Positions 13,785 to 29,854 of a stretch of 64,000 bases of DNA are shown here, one piece after another. The translations under genes and the position numbers were made by a program. The DNA comes from Octopus vulgaris. Taxonomy: Eukaryota. The stretch covers positions 19,344,001 through 19,408,000 of the forward strand of contig OX597839.1 of NCBI GenBank assembly GCA_951406725.2, in the 5' to 3' direction. How positions within the stretch are numbered: the first letter of the stretch is position 1; each line of letters begins with the position of its first letter. The notes beneath the pieces are model-generated. The model saw only the letters and a list, made by a program, of their open reading frames with translations, did not search any database and was not told the DNA's origin.

Positions 13785-14362
13785 TTCTTTTCTACTCTAG
13801 GCACAAGGCCCGAAATATTTTGCGGGAGGAGGCTAGTCGATTACATCGACCATAGAACGCAACTGGTACTTCATTTATTGACCCCTGAAAGGATGAAAGG
13901 CAAAATCACTCCAATGGAATTTGAACTCAGAATGTAAAGTGAGACAAAATACCTATTTCTTTACTACCCACAAGGGTCTAAACACAGAGAGGACAAACAA
14001 GGATAGACAAACGGATTGAGTCGATTATATCGATCCCAGTGCGTAACTGGTACTTAATTTATTGACCCCGAAAGGATGAAAGGCAAAGTCGACCTCGGCG
14101 GAATTTGAACTCAGAACAAAACGGCAGACGAAATATCTATTTCTTTACTACCCACAAGGGGCTAAACACAGAGGAGACAACAAAGGACAGACAGGCGGAT
14201 TAAGTCGATTACATCGACCCCAGTGCGTAACTGGTACTTATTTAATCGACCCTGAAAGGATGAAAGGCAAAGTCGACCTCGGCGGAATTTGAACGTAGCG
14301 GCAGACGAAATACTGCTAAACATTTCGCCCGGCGTACTAACATTTCTGCCAGCTCGCCGCCT
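13785..14362 (-). mobile_element. SINE family C with three tandem ~184-bp units
   Basis: CTATTTCTTTACTACCCACAAGGG at ~13952 and ~14136; head TTTCTGCCAGCTCGCCGCC at ~14345-14361. Confidence 0.9.
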
Positions 14363-14389
14363 TAATATAAATGATTTATTGTATTGTCA

Positions 14390-14391
<2 letters not shown>

Positions 14392-14480
<89 letters not shown>

Positions 14481-14860
14481 TTATACATATTATATGCATT
14501 ACATATATATATATGAATCGATATATCTATTTATCTATCTATCTATCTCTATACACATTTATATGTGTGTAGCTGTATGCACGTATACACATACACACAC
14601 ACGCATAAACTTGCTCGCAAACCAATATATGTAAATATTTAACAATTAGGTATCACCTAGTTCATTTAGTACCGGATTAGGAGCGAGAGCTTAATACAAC
14701 ACTTTATCTGATCCTCTTCATGGTTATCTATTAATTTACTAATCTCCATGGTGTCATGATATGTAACATAGATTAGATGCTGCAGTGAACAGATCCTATC
14801 GCTGTGTTTATCTTTTGTTTAATTAACTATTGAGTTCATAAGTAGACTTTATTTATGTGT

Positions 14861-14949
<89 letters not shown>

Positions 14950-15110
14950 TCACGTATCAAATTGCGTATCATGCATTGTATCATTATATATATATCTATA
15001 CGTGTCCTACAATATTTATTAACTGGCTCTGTGTGTGTGTCTATATATATATATCATTTATATATTTATACATACATACATACATATATATATGTATATA
15101 TGTGTATGTA

Positions 15111-15149
<39 letters not shown>

Positions 15150-15207
15150 ACATATATATATACATACATATATTTATGAAAGCTATATCTGTCCGTCTTT
15201 CTGTCTC

Positions 15208-15252
<45 letters not shown>

Positions 15253-15332
15253 TCTGTCATATATATATATATATATATTATTGTGTGTATATATATATAT
15301 ATGTGTGTGTGTGTATATATATATATTGTGTG

Positions 15333-15363
<31 letters not shown>

Positions 15364-15375
15364 TTGTTATATATA

Positions 15376-15471
<96 letters not shown>

Positions 15472-15490
15472 ATATATATATATATATATA
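14392..15490. repeat. Compound (GT)n/(TA)n/(CT)n microsatellites
   Basis: Direct inspection; a short unique spacer lies at 14640-14850. Confidence 0.95.
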
Positions 15491-16738
15491 CAGGATGGCC
15501 AAGAAGTCGCGAAGGGATTTCAATATATTCAATAATTTTTGGGTAATTATTTAATTTATATTTTAATCCAGATTTATATAAAGAAGACCCTGAAATTTAA
15601 GCATGGAAAATTACACTGCTGAACAGCGAACCCATATTGTGAAATTTTATTACCAAAACAAAGTATCAATAATTCGGACTCAAAGAGCATATCTTGAATC
15701 AATGGTCACACGATTAATTGCTCGTTTTGAGTATCAAGGACAGTGACCTTCACAGAATAGGCAGACCTCACTCCGTTAGAAATGAAGCTCCCGTGTGAGG
15801 GAGAGTATTCAAGGAGACCCGGCAACATCAACGCGACGACGCTCTGGACAAGTTGGTGTCTGCAGAACATCGCTCCAGCGAATTTTAAAAACAATAGATC
15901 TTTTCCCGTGTAAAACCCAATTGGTGCCACAGCTGAAAGAACCAGGGAACTAGGTTATACTGCTAGATTATAAGAATTAGCAAGAGCAGATCCAGAATTT
16001 CTCAATAAATTGATTATGTCAGATGGAGCCCATTTTCGTTTGAATGGATTCATCAATAAACAAAATTGCAGGATTTGTCGTTCAGAAAATCCTTTGGCAA
16101 TCCATCAAAGAGAACTGCATCCGATTAAGTGTACCATCTGGTGTGGGATGACTTCAGAAAAAGTGATAAGACCTTATTTCTTCGAAAATGAAGATGGTGA
16201 CACTTACCGCCACTGGAGATGAATACCGCTCCATGATCCAGAATTTCCTACATCCTGCGGTTCAAGATATGACTGGTGTGTGATTTCAGTAGGTTGGAGC
16301 CACAGTTCACAAAGCAACGAACACAACGGAAATACTCAACGAAATTTGTGATACAAAATTATTTCTCAATTTTCAGAGATAAGTTGATCATCTCGTTCTT
16401 CAGATCTAATTGCTCCAGACTTTTTTCAACGGGGCTATGTTAAGGAGACACTTTAGGTCAACAAGCCTAAAAAAAACTGGAGGTTTTAAAAATAACATTT
16501 GAAGAGAAATTAGATCACTGGGGCGACAAATGTTAAGGGCTGCTATGGAAAATGCCTTAGAAAGAGAACTTTTATACAAATTGGAAAATGGACGCCATCT
16601 ACAAAATGTCATCTTTTAAACCTAGGGGAAATAAATCTCACACACTTTTTCTATAACTTGCCTACTAAAATATCAATTTTTAAACATAATAAACGACATG
16701 TTAAATATTGAAACCTCTTCGTGACTTCTGGGCTACCT
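15491..16738 (+). mobile_element. Degenerate full-length Tc1/mariner transposon, rosa/DD41D-like
   Basis: TIR CAGGATGGCCAAGAAGTCGCGAAGGGATTTCAATAT vs 16705-16738; relic peptides MENYTAEQRTHIVKFYY, STRRRS, SDGAHFRLNGFINKQNCRI, RPYFFE, SDLIAPDFF. Confidence 0.88.
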
Positions 16739-16954
16739 ACGCCTGCTGCTATGTTTGTTGTTTTTGTCTCATTTGGTCTAAAGTCGTATGACAACCACCG
16801 TTATATTATATTTTGTTTAACCGTTACCGTTTTCAATTTCGTTTTCGTCTCTCGTATTTACATCTGTCTCGTGCGTTCACATTCCTGTCTTCTACCAAGG
16901 AATCTAATGCTTACAGCTTAGTTTTTTTTCTTGGGGCTGGCCGAGTTGGAGCAA

Positions 16955-17090
16955 ATATCAGAATTGAACAGCCGAAATTTGCTATGATGATTCGGTGTCT
17001 GACTGAAGATTGAAGGCTTCGAATGATTTGTCTGTGTTCCGTGTTTGTCCCTTCCTGTATTTCACGTTCTTTATGTATAAAACATTTATT

Positions 17091-17092
<2 letters not shown>
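16955..17092. mobile_element. Short interspersed repeat abutting (TA)n, unclassified; second copy at 39172-39300
   Basis: Shared CCGAAATT...GATGAT.CGG...TGACTGAAGATTGAAGGCTTCGAATG...TTTCACGTTCTT. Confidence 0.65.
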
Positions 17093-17185
<93 letters not shown>

Positions 17186-17249
17186 TGTAGATGGAGCCAA
17201 AATTTAAGTTCAGTCCTCTTGCTTATTCCAGTTTTCCAAATCCGTATGT

Positions 17250-17702
17250 AGATGTTACATTGACCCCAGTACTCAACTGGTATTTATTTTATCGCCCCCA
17301 CCCCAAAAAAAAGTATGAAGGCAAACTCGACCTGAGCAGGATTTGAGCTGAGAACGTAAAGACGGACGAAATGTCGCTAAGCATTTTGTCCGGCGTGCTA
17401 ACGATTCTGCCACCACACCGTTTTATCCTTATATTGGCTTCAAATTTTGGCACAAGGCCCGTAATTTTACGGATAAATTACCTCTAAGCATTTTTATCCC
17501 GCCATGTTAACGATTCTGCCATCTCACGTGCGGGTGAGTTATTACATCGGCCCCTGTGTTCAACTGCTACTTAGTTTATCGACCCCGAAAGAATAAAAGC
17601 AAACCCGACCTCGGTGGAATTTGAACCCGGAATGTAAAGACAAACGGAATGCCGCTAAGCATATTTGTCCGGCCTCCCATCGATTCTTCCAGCTCATCGC
17701 TT
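17250..17702 (-). mobile_element. Two or three diverged SINE family C copies
   Basis: GACCCCAGT...CAACTGG...GACC...GGATTTGA...CTAAGCATTTTGTCCGG...GATTCTGCC repeated. Confidence 0.8.
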
Positions 17703-18022
17703 TACACATGATACAGAATATCGATCAATATCTTGTTTCTGTTTCAAAATGGTAAGAGGTGGGTGAATTGACGGACACGGAGACATTTGGTTGCTATTTC
17801 TGGCATTCCCACAACCGTGTGGTGGCTTTATTGTGGTGGTTTTATTGATGGTTCGGTTTAATTAATTTGGCAACAGATTAAGAAACGGAAAGAGAACAAA
17901 AAATATATACAAAGACAACGCGCATTTAATTTGCGGTTGCGTTTAATGGTTTTGCGTGTGAAAGATTTTGTAATTTTTTTGTCTTCTTCTAATTATTAAA
18001 GCAGGAGAAGAATAATTACGGT

Positions 18023-18023
<1 letters not shown>

Positions 18024-18053
<30 letters not shown>

Positions 18054-18125
18054 ATGTTATTGTTGTTGTTGACGTCGATGACGACGACGACGAAGACGAT
18101 GGTGATGATGGTGATGATGGTGATG

Positions 18126-18176
<51 letters not shown>

Positions 18177-18207
18177 GTGATGATGATGGTGGTGGTGGTG
18201 GTGGTGG

Positions 18208-18241
<34 letters not shown>

Positions 18242-18780
18242 GGTGGTGGTGATGATGATGGTGATGATGATGGTGATGATTATGATGATGATGGTGGTGG
18301 TGGTGGTGGTGACAACGACTATTTACGATGAGGTTCATGATGATGATAATGATGACGATGGCGATGATGTTGAGATCATGAGAATGGCAACGATGATGGT
18401 GATGATGATGGTAATGGTGATGGTAATCGTGATGATTATAATAATTAGTGGTGGTTATGGTTTTGGTGAGGTGAATGGTGATGTTTGCGGTGATGATGAT
18501 GATGACGATGGTCATGCTGATGCTGATGCTGATGGTGACGATGATGCTGATGGTTATGATGACGGCGATGATGATGGTTATGCTGACGGCCATGTTTGTG
18601 GCGATGGCGATGGCGATGGTGAGGGTGATGGTTAGGGTTACGGTGATTTTGTTGGCTACAGTTGTGGTGATAGTTATGATGATGATGATGATGATGATGG
18701 TTACAGAGATGCTGATGGTTATGCTGCTTATGATGGTGATGCTGATGGCAGCTGTGGTGAGGCTGGGGCTGGAGGTTAGC
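18024..18780. repeat. Degenerate (GAT/GGT/GTT)n trinucleotide array
   Basis: Direct inspection. Confidence 0.95.
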
Positions 18781-18929
18781 AATATATTTAATTATTTATT
18801 TCATTTAATTTCTTTGTTAGCGATAGTGTCGCTAATTAAGTGACATAAATTAGACAAGCGTACGAAGCTGATTAACCGTAAACTGTCCTGTTCACATCAG
18901 TGCATTGTCAAAAAACATTTCGAGGTCGC

Positions 18930-19352
18930 CATATCTCCACCACCGCCACGACCACTCCATACACCAACACAAACTCTCCACCACTACAACCAGCACCATC
19001 ACCAACTCTATCACCACCACCACCACCACCACTAACAACAACAACATCAACAACAACATTGCTCCCGCCACAACCACTGCCAAGTCTACTGTTGCCATCA
19101 CAATCAAAACCCCGCTCTCACAACCACTGCTACTACTGCTACCGCTGCCAACACCATTATTACTACTGCCACCACCAACAACATTACCTCTGCAACTACT
19201 ACTATTACTACTACTACCACCATCACTACTACTACAACTACTATTACAACTACTATTACCATCACTATTACTACTACTATACTACTACAATCACTATTAG
19301 TATTACTACTACTATACTACTACTACTACTACCAACACTACTACTACTACTG

Positions 19353-19389
<37 letters not shown>

Positions 19390-20420
19390 CCTCACTACAA
19401 CTAGTTCCATAGCTACTACTTCTACTACAACTACTACCACCACCACCACCACCACCACCACCACTACTACTACTACATCCACCACTGCTGTTACTAACAA
19501 CAACAATATTCTCGACACAACAACTACAACTTCTACCCCGGCTGCTGCCGCCGACACCACCATCGTAGACATCGCCATCGTCTCCAACCACCACCACTAC
19601 CACTAACTCGACATTTCAGAAACGTGTGGCGCATTTGTTAATTAAATCATGGAATACCACAATACACAGCTAATACCACTGCCACCACCACAACCACCAA
19701 CGCCTATGCAACCACCACCACGACCACAACCAGAACCATAAGCACCGCTACAACCACTACCACTAGAACCGCAACCGCCACCAACACAACTACCACCTCC
19801 ACCACCAACGCAACCATCACCACCGCCAACAAAATAGCCACTATAACCACCACCACCATCACCACCACAACAACCACAACCATAGCCATAACCACTACCA
19901 CTACCACTACAACTCATCACCACCGAAATCACAACTACCACAACAACCACCACCACCACCAAAACAACCACCATCTCCACCACCACCAACAACAACAACA
20001 ACACAACCACTACCATCATCTCCACAACAAACACCACCAACACCACCACCACCGACACAACCACAACCTCCTCCACCACCACCAACACCACTACCGCAAC
20101 CACAATTACGTTCAACATTAAAACATCTGACACCAAAAACAATAATGGCAACAAGAACAACTGCAATAACAACAACAACGACAACAACAACCATAATAAG
20201 AACGACAGCACTAGCTCCCAAACTATAGCTAATGCCACACTACCACTCCGGTACCACAACCACAACCACGCTCCAAAAATCAATATATTTGACATTAAAA
20301 ACAACAACAACAACGATAACAGCAAAAATAATAACTAGAGTAACAACAAAAGCAATGACAACATTACCAGGCAAAACTCACAACGACAGCGATAACAGCA
20401 ACAACGAGAAGAAGAACAAT
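18930..20420. repeat. Degenerate (CAC/TAC/AAC)n trinucleotide array
   Basis: Direct inspection. Confidence 0.95.
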
Positions 20421-20544
20421 TACAATTTCAACGCGGCGATAAGAAAGACGTCCATAAAGACAGCAGCGAGGAGAAAGCGAAAATGGCGAAGTTTTTAATG
20501 AGACGCCATTAAATGATGGGATCAACTAGTTTTTATATGGCAGA

Positions 20545-21265
20545 TGTAAATGTATGTGTGTATGTGTGTGTATGGATGTGTATGTATGTGTGTGTGTATG
20601 GGTGTGTATGTATGTGTGTGTGTATGGTTGTGAGTGTATCAATGTGTATGTGTGTGTGTGTGTATGGATGTGTGTGTATGTATGGGTGTGGGTGCATTAA
20701 TGAGTATGTGTGTATGTATGTGTGTGCATGGGTGTGTGTGTATATGTGTATGCGTATTAATGTGTATGTGTGTGTATGGGTGTGTGTGTGTTTATGTATG
20801 TATGTGTGTGTATGGGTGTGTGTGTGTGTATTAATGTGTATGTGTGTATGTATGTATGTGCGTGTATGTATGTGTGTGTATGGGTGTGTGTGTTTATGTG
20901 TATGTGTATGTGTGTGTGTATGTGTGTGTATGTGTATGTGTGTGTGTGTGAATCTGTATGTGTGAATGGGTGTGTGTATGTATGTATATATGTATGTATG
21001 TATGGGTGTGTATATGGATGAGTATATGTATGCATGTATGTGCCTATGGGTGTGTGTATGTGTGTGTGCATGTATTTATGTATATACGTGTGTATGTATG
21101 CCTGTGTGGCTGTATTTGTATGAATGCATGTATATATGAGTGTGTGTGCATGTGTGTGTGAACGTATGTACGTAAGTATGTATGTATGTATGTATGTATG
21201 TATGTGTGTATGTATGTATGTATGTGTATTTGTATGTGTTTATGTATGTATGTGCGTGTATGTAT
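20545..21265. repeat. Degenerate (GT)n/(GTAT)n array
   Basis: Direct inspection. Confidence 0.95.
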
Positions 21266-21411
21266 GACATCACAAAAACTGTTCCTCAGCAACTCCAAGA
21301 AACAGTTTTCGTGATGTTTTTGCAGATTTATTAATAAAGCATATCACTCTACCTAGATGCATACACTACTACTTTTCCCACCTTGTTTAACATTTATGTG
21401 CCTACTGTGGT

Positions 21412-21470
<59 letters not shown>

Positions 21471-21484
21471 CACATGCACATATA

Positions 21485-21516
<32 letters not shown>

Positions 21517-21619
21517 CGCGTGAAATTCATCCGGTGGCGACCACTGCTGTCATCTTGAGGTTGTTTTTAATGTAAGAGGCAGAGAGAAAAATAGTCTTTG
21601 CTGAGAAATAATACATTGC

Positions 21620-21664
<45 letters not shown>

Positions 21665-21762
21665 TATATACATACATACACATACATACATATGTATATA
21701 CATAAATCCATCAATCCATCCATCCGTACATACATGCATACATAAGCAAATGTGTGTGTGCG

Positions 21763-21794
<32 letters not shown>

Positions 21795-22378
21795 CATACA
21801 GAACACACTGGATGAAACATATATATATATATATATATATATATCGGTATACATCGTACCACTCAATATGTTGAAGTGCAACACACGGTGACCTGCAATT
21901 GTTTACGCGATGTCGAAGGTCAATGGATGTCCTTTTCAAAGGCAGACACATTGCTTGGTTAGAATAACATTCCGGGTTCATTAGTCATCAGAAATACTAG
22001 AGAGACGAGTACAAAAGACCACGAAAGACGCACAGACACACACAAACAAAGAAACACACACACACACACGCGCAGAAAGAAAGACACACCCATATATCAA
22101 ACATATTAAACAATATCAATCATATGCATGTATTCTTACGAATAGTGTTTGACCTTCATGTATGTATAGGCGATCGTATATTTTACGTGTAGACAGGACC
22201 AAAGGGTTCGTGTGTTTGTGTGTGTGTAGGCATCCACATATGTTGAAAAGGATGTTTGTGTTCGTTAATTCTCTCTCTTGTTTTATTATGTTGGGTCACT
22301 GTCTTCAACAATTTTTGGTCCTGTTATTATGTTTGTGACTCACGCCTATATGTGTGTATATATGCGTGTGTGCGTGTG

Positions 22379-22868
22379 TACTCTTTACTCTTTTACTTGT
22401 TTCAGTCAATTGACTGCGGCCATGCTGGAGCACCACCTTTAATCGAGCAACTCGACCCTGGGACTTATTCTTTTGTAAGCCCAGTACTTATTCTATCGGT
22501 CTCTTTTGCCCGAACCGCTAAGTAACGGGGACACAAACACACCTGCAGCGGTTGTCGAGCAATGCTAGGGGGACAAACACAGACACACAAACACACACAT
22601 GCATATATATACATATATATATATATATACATATATATACATATATACGACGGGCTTCTTATCAGTTTCCGTCTACCAAATCCACTCACAAGGCTTTGTG
22701 TGTGTGTCTAAAGACGCAGGAGTGGCTGTGTGGTAAGAGGCTTGCTTCCCAACTATATGGCATCGGGTTGGGATTGAACCTTCGGGAAGTTCCTTCTGTA
22801 CAAGCTTCGGGTCAACCGAGGCCTTGTGAATGGATTTAGAGGAGACAAACTGCAAGGAAGCCTATCAT
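22379..22868. mobile_element. SINE family B fragments (minus 22379-22698, diverged plus 22712-22868)
   Basis: Homology to the family B tail and head. Confidence 0.85.
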
Positions 22869-22968
22869 ATATATATATATAAATTTAAATAATAAGGGTA
22901 AAAAAATTTAATATCAATTTGATTAATATAAATTTAAACTAGTGGCCTAGCATACTGAAAAATTCAGA

Positions 22969-23031
<63 letters not shown>

Positions 23032-23035
<4 letters not shown>

Positions 23036-23243
23036 ATCCAAACATGAAAACACCAAGAGGAAACACAACAACGCGAGGACGTGGAACAAATATAGTATTA
23101 TTGGACGCTCAGGAAGGAAAGGAAGAAGGGAGGTTTTATGTTTCGAGCGGAGCTCTACGTCCGAAACACAGGAAAAGGAAAGATCCAAGGAAGGGAAGAC
23201 GGAGGGAATAAAAAATCGCCAACGGTACACACGCGGTCACATT

Positions 23244-23247
<4 letters not shown>
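23032..23247 (-). mobile_element. (TA)n-embedded short element with degenerate minimal hammerhead
   Basis: Minus strand CGGACGTA-GAGC-TCC-GCTC-GAAAC-ATAA at ~23134-23163; related motifs at 42060-42187 and 49188-49372. Confidence 0.55.
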
Positions 23248-23298
<51 letters not shown>

Positions 23299-24292
23299 AG
23301 GGATGACCACTAATTGGACATCCAATATGCTAGATGCAGACCCCATATGGTCTGACCACTAAGAAAAGATTGTTCTCAAGAAAATTTGTTTTTTCCTGTC
23401 TGTTTTTTTTTTCCTGTCGTCTACGCATCGTCTATCTGTCCAGATGTTCTATTTTTGTCTGTTGCATTCTTGTTTCATTATTTTGATTTCTATACACATA
23501 TAGAGGCATAGGACACTTTTGCTCACCTTGTAACTATATATATATAATCTGTACTGTGCGTGTATTTGTGTGTGAGTGTGTGGGTGTATATATATATTTA
23601 TATATATGCAGGAAATAGTTTGGTATTCAAAGCTGTATAGCTTACATCACAAACCTTCTAGATAAAGACTCATAATACGTCTACCATAACACATCTACAA
23701 GAACTACATACCAAACAGACAAAAATTCCTTTTCCTTATTTTATGTTCACCATCTACGAGGCCAATTGCTTTAAGGTATCATAAAAAGTAAGCTTTGAAT
23801 GCAGAATAAACTTCCAGTTCAGAGGCTCGTGCAAGCTGACAGTGTTTCGAAGTAGATATGGTTATTAAAAATTACGTGAGGTCTCTTGGTTAGATAAGTG
23901 ACTAGGCGTTATCAACAAGAAACAAGAGTACATCTCAGTAAATCTAACAACAGTATTACAATATGCTGCTAGCCACATTGTGCAGCTTTTGCTGCCGTAG
24001 GTGATATCACTGTGAAAGAATCTACGGTTGGTCGGCAAATAATTTGCACTGAGAGAGCTTTCGCCCTATTTACAATCCCTTTCGGCGTGAAAGACTGGGA
24101 AGGGAAATATATTGCGTATTGCTTATAAGATTGTCACGATTCAATCTTGTCGTGAATTTATTTCAGAGAAACTTTGATTGCAGCTTCCACAAATATCTAA
24201 TTAGAGCACTCCCAGTGAGTAAAGAGATTGAACACACGAATTAAGACGTGAATAAGTTCGTGTGTGTGCGTTTGTGTGTATCTGTGCGTAAG

Positions 24293-24371
<79 letters not shown>

Positions 24372-24424
24372 GCGTATGTTTATTACATACATACATACAT
24401 ACATACATGTGTGTGTGTGTGTGT

Positions 24425-24736
24425 GTGAAGGCGCAATGGCCCAGTGGTTAGGGCAGCGGGCTCGCGGGTGTAGGATCGCGGTTTCGATTCGCAGACCGGG
24501 CGTTGTGAGTGTTTATTGAGTGAAAACATCTAAAGCTCCACAAGGCTCCGGCAGGGGATGGTGGTGATCCCTGTTGTTCTCTTTCGCCACAACTTTCTCT
24601 CACTCTTTCTTCTGTTGGCCTGCTCGCTTAGGCAGCGGGTAACGTCATTTGAAGTTTTAAAAAAAGTGAAGTGCATTGTGACCAGCGATGTGTAGCAACA
24701 TCTGATAGCCTAGTTGGACACGGTGACCACGGTGAT
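24425..24736 (+). mobile_element. SINE family A, tail type b
   Basis: Family A head; tail GCATTGTGACCAGCGATGTGTAGCAACATCTGAT...CACGGTGA. Confidence 0.9.
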
Positions 24737-24866
24737 ATATATATATATACATGTATGTGTGAATTTGTGTGCATTAGTTATGCGTAAATATATTTATATT
24801 TATAAACGGATGTATACATGCAGAGATATACACATATATAAATATACATGCGTATATACTTGTGCA

Positions 24867-25306
24867 TCTCTCTATATATAAACGGCAGTTTGTCTGTCTG
24901 TGTGTCTGTGTATCTGTCAGGTTGTACCCTCACCGTGACCACGGCTTTCAACCGATTCTGATGAAACTCGACACACACATAGCCCAATGTCATAATTCAA
25001 AACTAACGCAGCGAAAATTTTGAAAAGTTTCCTCAGTTCTGAAAGAAATCGATAAATTCGACATGGGGTCGAGAATCTAAGCTTTTTATATGCAACACAT
25101 TTTCTGTCTAGGGGACACAACTCGGCCTTTTTATCGCCCAAAGGGACAGCTAGGAACATCGTATACACAGAAGTATTCGAGTGAAGAGAAGACATTGCAA
25201 CCTACACATGCGCCTTCGTTCCCTTGAGGGAAAGGACTAGATTGGGATTAGTCGTTGCCTACCAGGGGCTCTTACATACCCGGGCAACGCCGGGCTATGC
25301 TGCTAG
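24867..25306 (+). mobile_element. Non-autonomous Helitron
   Basis: A|TC start, CCCGGGCAACGCCGGG hairpin, CTAG|T end. Confidence 0.88.
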
Positions 25307-25807
25307 TCTATATATATTTGTGCGCGTATATATCTGGGCACGGAGAGAGCGTATGTAAATTTCCATATTGCGTAACACAGATCTACAAATGCAAAAAAAA
25401 AGAAAGAATAATATTGCTTCAAGTTTCGAACGAACGTTCTTTTGCATTTGTGATTACATCTATACTGAAAAACAAAGCAAGTGAAGGATGATTTGTACAA
25501 AATCTCCATTTTTACATAAGGAGAAGCCGTCGAATAATTCTCTGCAAACACGCATGCGCATATATGTAGATAGAAATAAAAATGCAAATACGAGTACACG
25601 GCCACACAATTAGATCGCTGTTACTTCTTTCGTTCATAAATAATTCATATAAATGTCAGTCAATAACTGTTTCTTTTTCTGCCTGTATGCGTATATCTCG
25701 GTGCGGTTTTGGATGTCAGACGGCATTTCATAGCATTTATTTATTTCCATGTGTATATGCATGTATGTATCCCTCCATACATGTCCGTCCGTCTGTCTGT
25801 CTGTCAC

Positions 25808-25920
<113 letters not shown>

Positions 25921-26073
25921 GTATATATATATATATTTAAATATATATATAAAAAAATATATATATTTAGCAGACGCAACAGCGTGATTCAAGATCCGGG
26001 AGTTTCGTGCGATGGCACTTACCATCAACCTAACTACCTACCTATCTACACACACACACACACGCACACAACC

Positions 26074-26118
<45 letters not shown>

Positions 26119-26209
26119 CGACGGGCTTCTTTCAGCGGTGGGACTGAACCCGGAACCATGTGGTTGGTAAGCAAGCTATTTACCACACATCCACTCCTGC
26201 GACTATATA

Positions 26210-26250
<41 letters not shown>

Positions 26251-26252
<2 letters not shown>

Positions 26253-26446
26253 TTATTTTATAGAAGGAGCTTCTACAGGACTAGAACTGTTTCATTCAAA
26301 TGAAATCATCAGGAAGCTCCTGATGATTTCATTTGAATGAAACAGTACTAGTCCTGTAGAAGCTCCTTCTATAAAATAAATTAATTTACTCTGCTATGTA
26401 TTGAGTACCTTATTTACTGTGGTTAACTCCGACTCAACCCGGGACC
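26251..26446. mobile_element. Palindromic double-hammerhead element, copy 1
   Basis: Hairpin arms 26251-26314 and 26318-26381 plus a ~65-nt tail, flanked by (TA)n; second copy at 44367-44560. Confidence 0.85.
26265..26321 (-). ncRNA. Type I hammerhead ribozyme motif
   Basis: AGGAGCTTC-CTGATGA-T-TTC(ATTT)GAA-T-GAAA-CAG(TTCTAGTC)CTG-TA|GAAGCTCCT; 9-bp helix I, intact core. Confidence 0.75.
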
Positions 26447-26926
26447 TACATATATATATATATATATATATATATGTGTTTACATAAATATATATATATT
26501 TCCTTTCTGTTCTATAGATTTCACTTCTTTTCTTGGCTCCACTATTTGCTTTAGCTAAATGCATTTAATTGCATGGTCAGTAATTCAATCAAAGCCACAT
26601 GTGTCTGATATATGGGAACCTTTGTTCACCTCCCGGATAATCTCCAGTGTGATTGAAACGTTATGTCCAGCAGAAAAAGTCTGGTTCTATCCAGATCGAT
26701 GGACGGACGCAATGTAAGACGGCGTGGAAATCTGACAGCGATGTTAGGTTACGTTATGCTTGGCAGACAGATCGCTGACGACACCAGATAATCATTTGCA
26801 GGCTCTTATATCTATCTATATATCTATCTTTTTTTTTTTTTTTTTTTTTTTAAACCTTCAAAAGAAAAGCTCTACCTTGTAATTTGTTCTATCTGTGTGC
26901 AGCCCTGTGTGGCTAATAAAGAAACA

Positions 26927-28198
<1,272 letters not shown>

Positions 28199-28697
28199 TT
28201 CTTGCACAGATGTTGTTTGTGAAATATCACAAAATTTAATATGATAGTTTTGAGACATTGTATAATTTTAATTTTTACAATTTATGCAAATGTGCAAATG
28301 CAATATATTCTATAAGCAGCATGGATTTCGATTTTTGCATTCCTGTGACAATAGAAAACACATCTCTCTTGCACCTGATGTATCGATCTCGACTTCGGCA
28401 CCTCCTGTCAGTCACATGCTCTGACATAATAGCGTCTACATATCAGCAGTCAGCGGCTTCCCAGATCGTTTCGAATCCAGCGACGTTCTTCATTTTAGCA
28501 CGAAAGAAAAATTGAAAATACGTTTATCTTTACGGATTTGAAGAATGCATTCTAATATTGTCAGATTGGCGATTGCTTTTATTTATTATTTGTTTCCCCA
28601 CTGCTTAGGCAGAATGAGAAAGTTGGTTTTTGGATTCCTTAATTCTTCTTGGCTTCGAGTGCGATCGAGAGAATGAGTTTTTATCGTTGTACACATA

Positions 28698-29300
<603 letters not shown>

Positions 29301-29303
29301 CTG

Positions 29304-29347
<44 letters not shown>

Positions 29348-29369
29348 TTATATATATATACATACATAT

Positions 29370-29420
29370 GATTGATTGATTGATTCTAGTTTCAGCTCAT
29401 GAGCTGTGGCCATGCTGGGG

Positions 29421-29426
<6 letters not shown>
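29370..29426 (-). mobile_element. Isolated CR1-type LINE 3' tail; similar tails at 38562-38615, 39757-39821, 41197-41245
   Basis: GCCCCAGCATGGCCACAGCTCATGAGCTGAAAC plus a short-repeat tail matches the end of the LINE at 32240. Confidence 0.75.
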
Positions 29427-29477
<51 letters not shown>

Positions 29478-29644
29478 CGTGCTCACGTGGCTCCCACGGG
29501 ACCATCGGCCAGCTTTCTTTCTTTCTCTACGTTCTTGTTTGTCTCCTGTCCAAGCTTGCTTTACGCGTTCGCCACCACAACCTCTTTTAGGCTTAGCAAC
29601 CCTTCCTGTTTGTGTTTCCTATTTTGACCCTTCGCAAAATACCA

Positions 29645-29701
<57 letters not shown>

Positions 29702-29786
29702 ATGCATGTGTGTGTGTATATATATATATGTGTGTATTATTTATATTATTATATGCTTGAACGATACGCATCCTCTTCCAAGTAAG

Positions 29787-29854
<68 letters not shown>

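Noticed and set aside
13785-14362. CRISPR-like periodicity
   Set aside because: Whole ~184-bp units are repeated with no unique spacers; eukaryotic SINE tandem
18024-20325. Poly-His, Met/Val and Gly/Cys-rich ORFs
   Set aside because: Open in several frames on both strands because of trinucleotide repeats; no domain or splice support
28462-28497. Minus-strand ATGAAGAA..TTCGAAACG
   Set aside because: CUG of the core is missing and there is no helix I
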